Part shown: in pieces, positions 37,600 through 48,609 of the stretch
How positions within the stretch are numbered: the stretch's first letter is position 1
Layout: the number at the start of each line of letters is the position of its first letter
Source: Octopus bimaculoides
Taxonomy: Eukaryota
Reading direction: 5' to 3'
Length of the DNA: 64,000 bases
Assembly (NCBI RefSeq): GCF_001194135.2
Contig: NC_069001.1
Location: 22,980,214-23,044,213 of the forward strand
The notes under the pieces: generated by a model
Database searches by the model: none
Seen by the model: only the letters and a program-made list of their open reading frames with translations
What the model was told of the DNA's origin: nothing
Translations under genes and position numbers: made by a program

Positions 37600-37980
37600 A
37601 AAATTCCTTGTGTTCTTCATTCATCCCCATATGCTTGTCTCATTCTGACATAAACCAACTTTTAATACCTTATCATTATTCCCTTTTTCTGTATTAAGAA
37701 TAACTGCTTTACTCCACTGCTTCCTGTTTACCATTCAAGCATTGAGCAATCACAGCTTCAGTACTACAGACATGTGATTAGTATGTCACAAGAAACAATT
37801 GCAAGGCAGATTCTTCAAGCTGGGCTAACCAGCAGGAGACCATCATCTCATTTGGTCATGCTTGGGAATCCAATCAGAAAGCATAATAATGGTTGCTTCT
37901 GATAATACCCTATGGAGGTGATGCCTCAGGAATCTACCCCTCCCAGAAATAGTGGGCAGAGAAAATAGATGGATGGATGG
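37600..37980 (+). pseudogene. Decayed 3' end of an RTE-clade (Rex3/Expander-like) LINE with (GATG)n tail
   Basis: Frameshifted remnants of ..RQILQA..T.RRP...WS.LGIQ.E.I..., ending GGGCAGAGAAAATAGATGGATGGATGG, the tail style of Rex3/Expander-type elements. Confidence 0.5.
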
Positions 37981-37989
37981 GTAGTTATC

Positions 37990-38125
37990 TTTGAATCAGT
38001 ATTGTCTATTTCTTTCCTTTAATTTTTCTTATATTTTCCCTTTCTCTTCTGTTGTGATGAAGGACCACTGTCCAAAACATCAAATTATCCTATTTCACTT
38101 ACCTCTAAATACATTGACTTTGTAT

Positions 38126-38140
<15 letters not shown>
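37990..38140 (+). mobile_element. Penelope-like pLTR remnant with decayed hammerhead-like motif (38054-38082)
   Basis: GTGATGAAGGAC-CACT-GTCC-AAAACATCA, consistent with CTGATGAAGGAC..GTCCGAAACGTCA after CpG decay. Confidence 0.5.
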
Positions 38141-38165
<25 letters not shown>

Positions 38166-39085
38166 TATATTTGCTGTTTATGCCCATGTTTCTTCTCTGG
38201 ATATCAACTACAACACTGAAATAAACTTAACTCTGATTACATTTCTATTTTTTTCTGCTTGTTACAAAAGTGAGTTAAGTGCTTATCTGGGTGTGTGTAT
38301 GGTGATTTAGATTAGATTACTATCTGACCTGACTGTTAAGTTCATTATTTCATGGTTCATCATCATCATTGTCATTATCACCACCACTATCATCACCACC
38401 ATAATTATTATCATTATTACCAACATCATAAATAACTATTAGCAATCTAATATAGTTTATTATACCCGTTATTATTGTTATCACCAATGTTTTTGTCATA
38501 TCTCAATTCATTATAGATATTTCAGTAATTATTTAAGGGAGAACATATATTTAAAATAATCTCCTAATAAGTGAACTAACCAAGAGGTCACCAGTTCATA
38601 TCCTGCCAACTACACTGAATATTGTGTCTGTCTATATTTTGCTTTCAAATAGACCTCAATACTAGGTTGTCATTGGTATTGTATATCCCCAGATCTGTTC
38701 TTCTGATACATTTCCCTATGGTCAAAGGCATTCCAGCCATGATCAACCAGTCTTTTTTTAACTTCTATGTTGTAGTAGAGGCAATATGTTCTTTGTCTAT
38801 CTCCTTAACTTCTTGGAGATTTTAGGTATAATTATACTAATGTGTCCAGCTGTTTCAATTTGATTAAATTCTATGTCTTTGTGCAGCTGAGGATTGCTCT
38901 GAATTTTAAATTGATGTAATGACTGCATTGTTCAATTAAATGGAGTTGCATGAAACGATCGTACTGTGTTACCTCTAGATATCCTTGTTGCTGATTTTGA
39001 TTTTAATCACCTTAATTTGAAATTGTATGGATAATATCGTACTAAATTCTGGTGTCTCAACTTATGTACCATATTCACCTGAATT

Positions 39086-39121
<36 letters not shown>

Positions 39122-39150
39122 TGTATATATATATATATGTGTGTGAGTGC

Positions 39151-39190
<40 letters not shown>

Positions 39191-39195
39191 CATAT

Positions 39196-39227
<32 letters not shown>

Positions 39228-39234
<7 letters not shown>

Positions 39235-39310
39235 CCTCAGGCTAACCAAAGCCTTGGGAGTGGATTTTGTACGTGGAAACTGAACGAAGGCTGTCATATA
39301 TATGGGTATA

Positions 39311-39405
<95 letters not shown>

Positions 39406-39600
39406 CTGTCTGTGTTTGTACCCCCACCTTTACTTGACAACCAATGTTGCTGTGTTTACATTCCCATAGATTAGCAGTTCAGCAAAAGATGCTGATAGAA
39501 TAAGTACTAGGCTTACAAAGAATAAATCTCGGGGTAGATTTGTTCGACCAATAGAGGTGCTCCAGCATGGCTGCAGTCACGTGACTGAAACAAATAGAAT
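39228..39600 (+). mobile_element. SINE-A, 5'-truncated, with a long internal (TG)n
   Basis: Body and tail present. Confidence 0.75.
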
Positions 39601-39654
39601 GATAAAAAAGACTATGCCATTTTAATCCCGAGCAAGGCCAGGTATCACTGCTAG
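39601..39654 (+). mobile_element. Helitron-like 3' terminus
   Basis: GC-rich hairpin remnant CCCGAGCAAGGCCAGG followed 8 nt later by CTAG (39651-54) and then T. Confidence 0.55.
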
Positions 39655-39663
39655 TATATATAC

Positions 39664-39747
<84 letters not shown>

Positions 39748-39749
39748 TT

Positions 39750-39792
<43 letters not shown>

Positions 39793-40175
39793 CACACACA
39801 CAGATACATACATACATAGAAACATATACACACATGCAAACACAGACTATTGCAAAGTGGTGTGACTTATCGCGTTCTAATAAAAACACCTTTTTGGTAT
39901 TATTTCCTTTTATGCTAGCCCTCACTTTACATCTCATATCCTAAATGAAGGACCAGAAAATGTTCTCCAAAGACAATGCCCAGCGTGATAGCAGTGCAGT
40001 GATTGTTAGCTGTAAAGGATTATTAGGAATTTAACATCACAATAAACAAAGATAATTAGTGGTACACTGGATTATGGAACACAAGAGAGTTGGGAGACAA
40101 ACAAGTTATCAGTTTTATTACACATCTGGTGGTATGTACGTATGTCAGGAAGGGGGAATTTGAACATATTCATTT

Positions 40176-40830
40176 CAAATTTTGGCACAAGGCCAGCAGG
40201 TTGGGCAAAATCAATTACATCAACCACAGTATTCAACTGGTGCCCTGAAAGGAATGAAAGGCAAAGTGAACCTCAGCAGAATTTGAATTCAAAAACGTAA
40301 AGGTGGATGAAGTACTTTCTAAGCATTCTGACCAATGTGCTGATGATTCTACCAACTTACCCCCTTAGGCCCAGGGAATGTTAGTTTCAAAGTTTGGCAC
40401 AAGGCCAGCAGTTTTGGAGGAGGGTGTAGATTGATCACATCAACTTCCCAGTAATCAACTGGTACTTATTTTATGGACCCTGAAAGGACGAACAGCAAAG
40501 TCAGCCTTGGTGGAATTTGAACTCAATGTAAAGACAGATGAAATGTTGCTAATTATTTTTCCCGGTGTGCTAACAACTCTGCCAGTGCACCATCTACCAA
40601 GAGTAATTACATTGGTTCTAAATTTTGGCACAAGGCCAAAAGGTCCACGGGAGTGGGTAAGTCCATTACATCGAGCCCAGTGCTCAGCTGGTGCCTTTTT
40701 TCATGGACCTCGAAAAAATGAGAGGCAGAAGTTGACCCTGGTGGAATTTGAACACAGAACATAAAGACGGATGAAACGCTACTAATCATTCCATGTGGTG
40801 TGCTAACAATTTTGCCAGCTCACCCCCGTA
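40176..40830 (-). mobile_element. Three head-to-tail SINE-B copies
   Basis: Copies at ~40176-40365, ~40385-40600 and ~40612-40830, each with a TTTGGCACAAGGCCA tail and a GAATTTGAA B-box region on the reverse strand. Confidence 0.8.
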
Positions 40831-41267
40831 AGGGTGAACTTAAATATATTGACCACACAAACAAAATACGTTGCAAGTGACAGTACAGCACTTATGACCT
40901 CTGAGCAATATCTTATCAACTCAGTCACCTTTGCTTTCTAATAAAATATTAGTACACTGAATAACAGAGTTGGAAGGAGGGAAGAGTGAAGTCCTTTCTA
41001 ACATCTCCTGGCATCTCTTCACTTTTCTCTTACCCAGCACTATCTCTATCCCCACTTGAAAGAAGAAAGAATACACTCAGCACCAATTATACGTGTTTCC
41101 TGTTAGAAGAACCACCAAAATATTAATCTATATCTAGTCCTGGCTTCTTGTCAATATTACAGTAAAGACAACATGAGCTGAATTAATAATGTTGATTTTT
41201 ATTAGTGTTATTTCCTTTCTGTCTCCCTCACCAGCCAACATTCTCTCCACATCTTTCTCACTCTGCT

Positions 41268-41311
<44 letters not shown>

Positions 41312-41335
41312 GCTTCCTCTCTCTCTCTGTAGCTT

Positions 41336-41367
<32 letters not shown>

Positions 41368-42964
41368 GTTCTTCTATGTATCACTCTCTCTTTTTCTCTC
41401 TTATTTATATTGACAAAGTTACAAAATTACTTTTCAATATAATACAATACTTGTAACTTGTTTACCAATTATAACAATTTAGGCTATGAAGTTTCCAACA
41501 TAAGTTTGTATTTTTTTTATTCATACTTATTCCTTTTGTTATTATATTTTTATCTATTTCTTTTTTATTTATTTATTTATTTGTTAATTCTGAAGTTGAT
41601 TTAGATTGAGATTTTTGTTAATTGAAATATAATTTCTAAGTGATAAATCTAAAAATAAACGATTTGAAAATAAAACTTTAAAAAATTATTGCAAAATAAA
41701 AATGAAAAATTTAAAGATTGAGAATGAAAAAAGTGCAAAAAATTAAATTTAAGTCAATAAATGATTGATTTTAAATCAATATTTTTTTTAAAAAGCATTG
41801 AAATAAGCTTTGAGAATGGTGAGAGATTAAAAAAAAAAATGAACAGAAACCTTTTTATTTTTTATTTTTTACTTTTTTATTTACTTACTTTTGGATTTTT
41901 TTTCTTTGTGTATATGGTAGGGGAAGTTAATATATTTAATGGATGGAGTTGGGGGAAGACAGACTTTGCAAGTTTTATTGTTGTTGTTGTTTTTTTTTCT
42001 TCCTCTATAAACATAAATTAGATATTTGAGAGAAATATTTTCTGGCAGTTTTACTTCAAAATATTTTTTTAATGAACTGTTGACCATGCACGAAAGCCAC
42101 GTTTATTTGCCGAGAATAATTTCCCATGAAATCACTCTAGAGTAAACTTTATTGGTTCTCTTCATCTCTTACCATTTTATTTCATTTCTGTAGGCGTAGA
42201 TGGGGATGGAGGTGGGCGTAATTGAAAAATCATAATTGAAAAAATATTTAATAAGGAAGAACAGAATTATATATCTCATTGAACCCCACTAAAATTAGTT
42301 TATTGAAACTCTAAGTCCACAGGCTGAGAAGTTGAAATAAATTATATTATATGCTATAAGCACCAATTTGAAACACAAAAGAAGAATAGGTGTGCTGTCA
42401 GACTTGGATATGTACCATCTTGCCACATGACCAAGTTAACAATTACACTTTGAAGCACCTGCCATACTCTCTTTTCTTGAATTTGGTGCTATGAATCATT
42501 TCACTGCTATTTTTAACTGAACTATTTTATTTCTATAAGATTACTAGCAGGACTGGCAATTCTAGCAATGTCCAACCTGGTGAATTCTTACCTCATGTTG
42601 ATATTAACAGGAAGAAATAACTTTGTGAATGAAATTATTAATCTAAGTTTCGATGTAAAGGTTATTAAATTTGATACACAACGATTTGAGTTCAAAAATA
42701 GTTGCAGGTTCACTAACAAGATGTAAGCTAAGTCACAATTGCATCAGTTCATTGTATGAAATGAGCTGATATGAAACACTTCACTTTAAAAATATGAAAG
42801 ACTTCATTGATAAAATATTAAAATAGTATAGCGAGCTCTAATATACATGAGGTAGTAAACTAAGAAATGTTAATTAATTAAAATTGCTTTGAGAACAATC
42901 ATTTTGTAAATGACTAATTCTGCTCAAAAACATAAGGGAGACAACTTCAGTAATTTAACTTATT

Positions 42965-43175
42965 AGCTTCAAATTTTGGGACAAGGCCAACAATTTTGGG
43001 GTGGGATATGTCAATTACATCAACCCAAGTTCAACTGGTACTTATTTTATCGACGTTGAAAAGATGAACAGAAAAGTTGACTCTGGTGACATTTGACATC
43101 AGGACATAAAGTTGGAAGAAATGTTGCTAAGCATCTTTTCCAGGATGGTAATGCTTCTGCCAGCTCCCTGACTTA
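42965..43175 (-). mobile_element. SINE-B copy
   Basis: Same family as 40176-40830. Confidence 0.7.
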
Positions 43176-43286
43176 AATATTATGATTAATTAAAATTAAT
43201 TAAATATTGAATGCCGGGGAAAATATACCTGAATTTTAACAGTACAATGACATTTGGATATGTTTTACCCCTATTGGATTTGCTCA

Positions 43287-43662
43287 CTGCTTTTAAAAAG
43301 AAAAAAAGATTTTATCCTTTATATCTATACTGTTCAGTATCTATGCGTTGAATAAAATTTATCTTTCTACTTGTTCTACCATACATTTCAGCACTTAAAA
43401 ACAAACTTGTTTGTTTACATATGGTGTAACCTATACGACATCTTGCGTTCCTGGATGATTCTATAACTTCTTCAATTTCAGAAGAATTTGGCGGTCAGGC
43501 AGTTTAGCTTAAATGGTAAAGCATTCTAACCGGATATTAGAGGGATGTGAGTTTGATCCTCATGGCTGGCTGCCAACAAATTTTTCTGCTTTTAAATAGA
43601 AAAAAGAATTTTATCCTTTATATCTATGCTGTTTAGTATCTATGCATTGAGTAAAATTTATC

Positions 43663-43668
<6 letters not shown>
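43287..43668 (+). repeat. Two 83-bp direct repeats (43287-43369, 43586-43668; period 299 bp) flanking a tRNA-like sequence
   Basis: CTGCTTTTAAA...TTTTATCCTTTATATCTAT...AAAATTTATCTTTCTA occurs twice. Confidence 0.85.
43498..43575 (+). other. tRNA-like cloverleaf (pseudo-tRNA or SINE head), not a canonical tRNA
   Basis: Acceptor GGCAGTT/GGCTGCC, D-stem GCTT/AAGC, anticodon stem TCTAA/TTAGA with loop CCGGATA, T-stem GTGAG/CTCAT with loop TTTGATC. It has an extra T after position 26 and a 4-nt GGCT duplication before the 3' acceptor strand. Confidence 0.6.
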
Positions 43669-43713
<45 letters not shown>

Positions 43714-43716
<3 letters not shown>

Positions 43717-44966
43717 CGGTTGGACAAAATAATGGAAACACCTTACAATTTCAAACAAATTTATTTTAATATGGGGTAAGACCACCGTTGGTAGTAATTA
43801 CAGCTTGAATTCTATGAGGTATGGACTCGTACAAAGTTTGAATTGTTACCAAAGGAAGTTTTGTCCATTCTTGAGCTAAAACAGTCTCCAGTTCTTGTAG
43901 TGATGATGGTGGAGGATATCGACTCCTTACTTGTTTTTCTAAAATGCACCATAAATGTTCAATAATATTGAGATCTGGGGACTTTGGTGGCCAGATAAGA
44001 TGTTCAACTTCACTAAAATGTTCCTCATGCCATTCAGTAACAACGTGTGAATTGGTGCATTATCATCCTGAAAGATTGTGTTTCCCTCCGAAAACAGTAC
44101 CGCAACCATAGGATGAATTTGGTCAGATAAAATGCTTAAATAGTCTTAAATATTCTGCCATGAAGGGAAACCATTGAGCCAGTGGATTTCCAAGATATAG
44201 CCCCCACCCCAATCATCATAGATCCTCCTCCATGCTGGAAGAAGGCAGTCTGAGTCAAATGCTTCTTTTGGCTGTCTCTACATGTATACTCAGCCAGTGG
44301 TCGGAAATAAGGTAAAGAATGACTTGTCTGCGAAAATAACATTCTTCCACTGCTCTAGGGACCAATTCTGTAGGTTTTTACTCCACTCTAAATGCTTTGC
44401 AACGTTTGTTTTTGAAAGTAGTGGTTTTCTGATTGCAGCCCTCCCATGAAATCTGATTTTGTGCAGCTCTCGGTGAACAGTTTTTGTGGAAACTGGGTTC
44501 TCAAGGTGGTCATTAAGCTCTGCAGTAATATTGGGAGCTGTACTTTTGTGATGCTTTCTAGGAATTCATGTAAGAATCTGACGGTCCCTATCTGAAAGTT
44601 TTGGTTTTCTTTCAGAGTTTTGTTTCAATGTGGAAGTTTTTGCCTCTTTCTCAAAGTCTGTCATTACTTTCAAGGCAGTACTTCTTGATACACCAAACAT
44701 TTCAGCTGTTCTCGTTACACTAGTGCCTGCCATATTAGCACCAACAACTTCTTTGAAAGTCTGATAGATCTGACATTTTGATGAATTTTAATTACCTTTT
44801 TCTGATGATATCTGAAAAGAAACAACAATTTTAGCAAAACATATTAAGCAACACTAATAATAAATCAAAAAAACATAAAAATAAACAAGCTTTTGATGGT
44901 TTTACAGATATTTCAGGATTATGAGGCTATGATGCTAGGTGTTTCCATTATTTTGTTCAACCTCTG
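43714..44966 (-). mobile_element. Full-length Tc1-family (DD34E) DNA transposon, 1253 bp, inserted in (TA)n
   Basis: 30-bp TIRs 43714-43743 and 44937-44966 (28/30 identical) with TA TSDs. Confidence 0.95.
43766..44776 (-). pseudogene. Tc1 transposase, disrupted by frameshifts and stops
   Basis: MSDLSDFQR start, HGGGSMMI, FQDDNAPIH, SPDLNIIEHLW and terminal YESIPHRIQAVITTNGGLTPY*. Confidence 0.9.
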
Positions 44967-45014
44967 TATATATATCATCATCATCATCATCATCATCGTT
45001 TAACGTCCGCCTTC

Positions 45015-45440
45015 NNNNNNNNNNNNNNNNNNNNNNNNNNNNNNNNNNNNNNNNNNNNNNNNNNNNNNNNNNNNNNNNNNNNNNNNNNNNNNNNNNNNNN
45101 NNNNNNNNNNNNNNNNNNNNNNNNNNNNNNNNNNNNNNNNNNNNNNNNNNNNNNNNNNNNNNNNNNNNNNNNNNNNNNNNNNNNNNNNNNNNNNNNNNNN
45201 NNNNNNNNNNNNNNNNNNNNNNNNNNNNNNNNNNNNNNNNNNNNNNNNNNNNNNNNNNNNNNNNNNNNNNNNNNNNNNNNNNNNNNNNNNNNNNNNNNNN
45301 NNNNNNNNNNNNNNNNNNNNNNNNNNNNNNNNNNNNNNNNNNNNNNNNNNNNNNNNNNNNNNNNNNNNNNNNNNNNNNNNNNNNNNNNNNNNNNNNNNNN
45401 NNNNNNNNNNNNNNNNNNNNNNNNNNNNNNNNNNNNNNNN
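45015..45440. other. Assembly gap (other gaps: 9490-9499, 34353-34382, 53438-53548, 56039-56840, 61591-61843)
   Basis: Runs of N. Confidence 1.
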
Positions 45441-46519
45441 NAAAAAAAAAAAAAAAAGCCTCATGTGTCACCCGCACAAGAGCCAGTCCCTATTTATTTA
45501 CACACACATACAAGTAAGCACATAAATGCAAAACAAAGTTGTAAAAAAGAGTACTTCAATACCTAAGGTAGAGTAATATGCTTTCATCAAAGCTGCAAAA
45601 TCTTCGCAAAATCTTCACAGATGTGAAACTCAAATTCACATTCCTGTTTGCAGGACAGTTGTGATGAATACAAAATTAAAATCGTGATATATGCATGTGT
45701 GTGTGTGCGTGTGTGTGTGTGCAAATATGTGTATGTATATATGTGTGTGTGTATACACATACAAGGTTGGCTACATGCCATGCACAAAATAAGTTCAGTA
45801 CATTCTGGAATTGACAAACAGACGCTTTAATTTTTCTAAAACTGAATAAATAAATAAAATAATGATGAATACAAATATGCTTGTACATGATGAACAACAA
45901 AATGAATAAATAATGAGGATAACAACGTAATTTAAATAAAATGTCAAATGTTTTGATGCATGATATTCGACCCACCACACATACATATATATGATGGATA
46001 GAGACAGAGAGAGAGAGTATTTTAAGAAGGACACTTGATGCTTTTCTTAATGATCTGCTCATAATAAACTGTATGGATGCCAAAGGGAGGAGAGACAGAC
46101 GAGGTTGGGGTTGTGTAAAGTGGACAGACAAAGCGAAAATGCAAATTTGTAAAGTGCAAGTGTGTCATTGAATGACTTTTCTTCTTTCCAATTATCTTTT
46201 GGATGTTTGCTTGTATACCAGTAATTCTATTCCTAGTGTAGGAGCGGTTGTGGTATAATAATTCTTGCTTGAACAATGGAGAGAATCAGTATCTGATCAG
46301 GAGGGAAGCATTTTGGATCTTAAAGAGGATGGCTAGCATTTGGGATAAGGTTTTTGCTCTGTTATGAATGAATGGTTTAACTGTAAGTTTTCCAAGATAA
46401 GAGGGTGGTATTGCTTTATTTTTTTCCATGTTTCTGCCATTGGACTGCAGCTATGTTGGGACACCACCTGAAGGATTTAGTCAAACATATCACTGCCAAT
46501 GCTTAATTCTTTTTTTTAA

Positions 46520-46830
46520 ATGTCTTATATTTCAACAACAACAGCATTTAATGTTTGTTTTCCCTCTTGGCATTGGTTGGATGACTTGGCAGCTGCTGTG
46601 AAGGCTAGGAGTTGCACCAGGTCCCATCGTCTGTTTTGGTTTGGTTTCCACAGCTGGATGCCCTTCCTAATGCCAACCACTTTACAAAGTGTACTGAGTG
46701 CGTTTTACAAAACACCATCATCAGTGCTCTTTACGTGGCACCTTAGTTTTAGAACCTTAATTCTGTTGTGATGTATGGGTCTTCTTGAGTACAGCAATGT
46801 GCCACATATCTCAGCCTTCTGCCATCTCCT
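46520..46830 (-). mobile_element. RTE-type 3' tail
   Basis: GCATTTAATGTTTGTTTTCC...CAGCTGGATGCCCTTCCTAATGCCAACCAC. Confidence 0.7.
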
Positions 46831-47000
46831 TCATAAGACTTGTGTTCATCTATTGATCTCTTTTGCCAAACTGCTAAGTGAAGGAAGCATAAACAAGCCT
46901 ACACCTGTTGTCAAGTGACAAGGGAATAAACACAGCAAGCTCAGACAAATACATACACACACACACACACACACACATGATAAGTTTCCATACAGTTTCT

Positions 47001-47256
47001 TATTTCTTTATTGCCCACAAGGGGCTAAACATAGAGGGGACAAACAAGGACGGACAAAGGGATTAAGTCGATTACATCGACCCCAGTGCGTAACTGGTAC
47101 TTAATTTATCGACCCCAGTGCGTAACTGGTACTTAATTTATCGACCCCGAAAGGATGAAAGGCAAAGTCAACCTTGGCGGAATTTGAACTCAGAACGTAA
47201 CGGCAGACGAAATACCGCTAAGCATCTCGCCTGGCATGCTAATGTTTCTGCCAGCT
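47001..47256 (-). mobile_element. Young SINE-B (tail type 2, ending AAAGAAATA) with 17-bp TSD and internal 32-bp duplication, nested in a SINE-A-like element
   Basis: GTTTCCATACAGTTTCT at 46984-47000 and 47267-47283. Duplicated unit at 47076-47107 / 47108-47139. Confidence 0.9.
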
Positions 47257-48609
47257 ATTTGAAACTGTTTCCATACAGTTTCTGTTCCATACAAGTTTCC
47301 ATACAGTTTCTGTTAACCAAATTCATTTGCAAGGCATTGGATCAGCTGAAGGCTATTCAGTGAGACTGAATCCCAAAATGACATTGTTGCAAGGCAAACT
47401 TCTTAACCTTAGTAATACTTCCACTTATATGAGTAATGATTGTGAAATTCTGCTGTTAAAATGAACAAAATTTGCCATGTTCCCATTGGAGATGGATATA
47501 GGGCAGATTTTGTATGTGTTTGAGTAAATAGGAAAGCAAAATGGTGTTTTCCGCATAGCAGTACACATTGTTAATTGCCAATACAGACTATCATCCATCA
47601 TGTTACATACATACATACGTATATATATAGAAGATGGATTAAAACAATTGTAGTGATTAATACATATCTTCCGTCTTTCATCTCTCTCATTAATCAAATA
47701 TAAATATATATATATATATTGTTCAAATCTCATCAATAAACTTGTTACTTTTCTCTTATCTCAGATGAGTGTTTGTCATGTTTGCAGTAATTTATATAAA
47801 TTGTTTTAATAGACAATTCATAATGAGAAATTAAAAGTGGTGATTAAGGATTAGACAGGTTTGTGTCCATAACTTTATTTGATTCAATCTTATGGCATAG
47901 GAGACAATATATATTCCATCCTTTCTTTATAACTCAATGTCTGCAAATTAGAGAGAAGTACAACATATTGTTTCACAATGTGCTAACAGTTAAACTTATA
48001 AAAAGAAGGTAAGGTAAATCTTGCTCACACAAGGAACAAATAAAATTGGAAAGGTTTAAAGACAAAATTCACAAATATGTTCTTGTGTGTGTGTGTTTAT
48101 GTGTGTGTACCCTTGTGTGATTTTACATATGTGAATGTATTCCATCCAGTGAGAGATAAATATCAATTTAAATACTCAACCCAAAGAGCTACCAATAGTT
48201 TCATGCTTTTATGCTACTTGAAAAGACTTTGACATATTTTCTGTTATTTTGTTCAAAACCAGTTGTATTTAATGAGCTTTCTGCAATCAGGGAGGATGAG
48301 GATCTTAGCTTTCTTCACTTCATTGCTTTTTTCTTGTTCCATTTTTTACACAAAGCTTCTTTTTCTTATTTTCTTACTGATATCCACAGATATGCTGTCT
48401 CACTGATAATGCTTTCTTGTATGTATTCTTAAATGTATTTTTCCCAAATAGATTGCACTTCATATTAGAAGCTCTGAGGAAACTGTAAGGTGTTCTTCAG
48501 GCACCCACCTCTGAGTCCACCACATCTTATAATAAAAATAACTGTAAGCTAATGAAGTACGTTAAATAATTGTTTGCAGGTGTGTCTGTGTGGTAAGAAG
48601 CTTGCTTCC

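Noticed and set aside
42540-42727. Possible small exon (LLAGLAILAMSNL after TTTCTATAAG) and a strong minus-strand donor (GAG|GTAAGA near 42593)
   Set aside because: Both strands are open by chance in AT-rich DNA, there is no recognisable protein motif, and no partner exon is identifiable.
43498-43575. Functional tRNA-Ser(GGA) gene
   Set aside because: It lacks the long variable arm of tRNA-Ser, has a TTT T-loop, an extra base and a 4-nt duplication, and eukaryotes generally decode UCC with an IGA anticodon. Kept only as a tRNA-like element.
46030-46420. Possible L1/Tx1 ORF2 C-terminal remnant on the minus strand
   Set aside because: Only vague similarity; the CCHC residues cannot be placed confidently.
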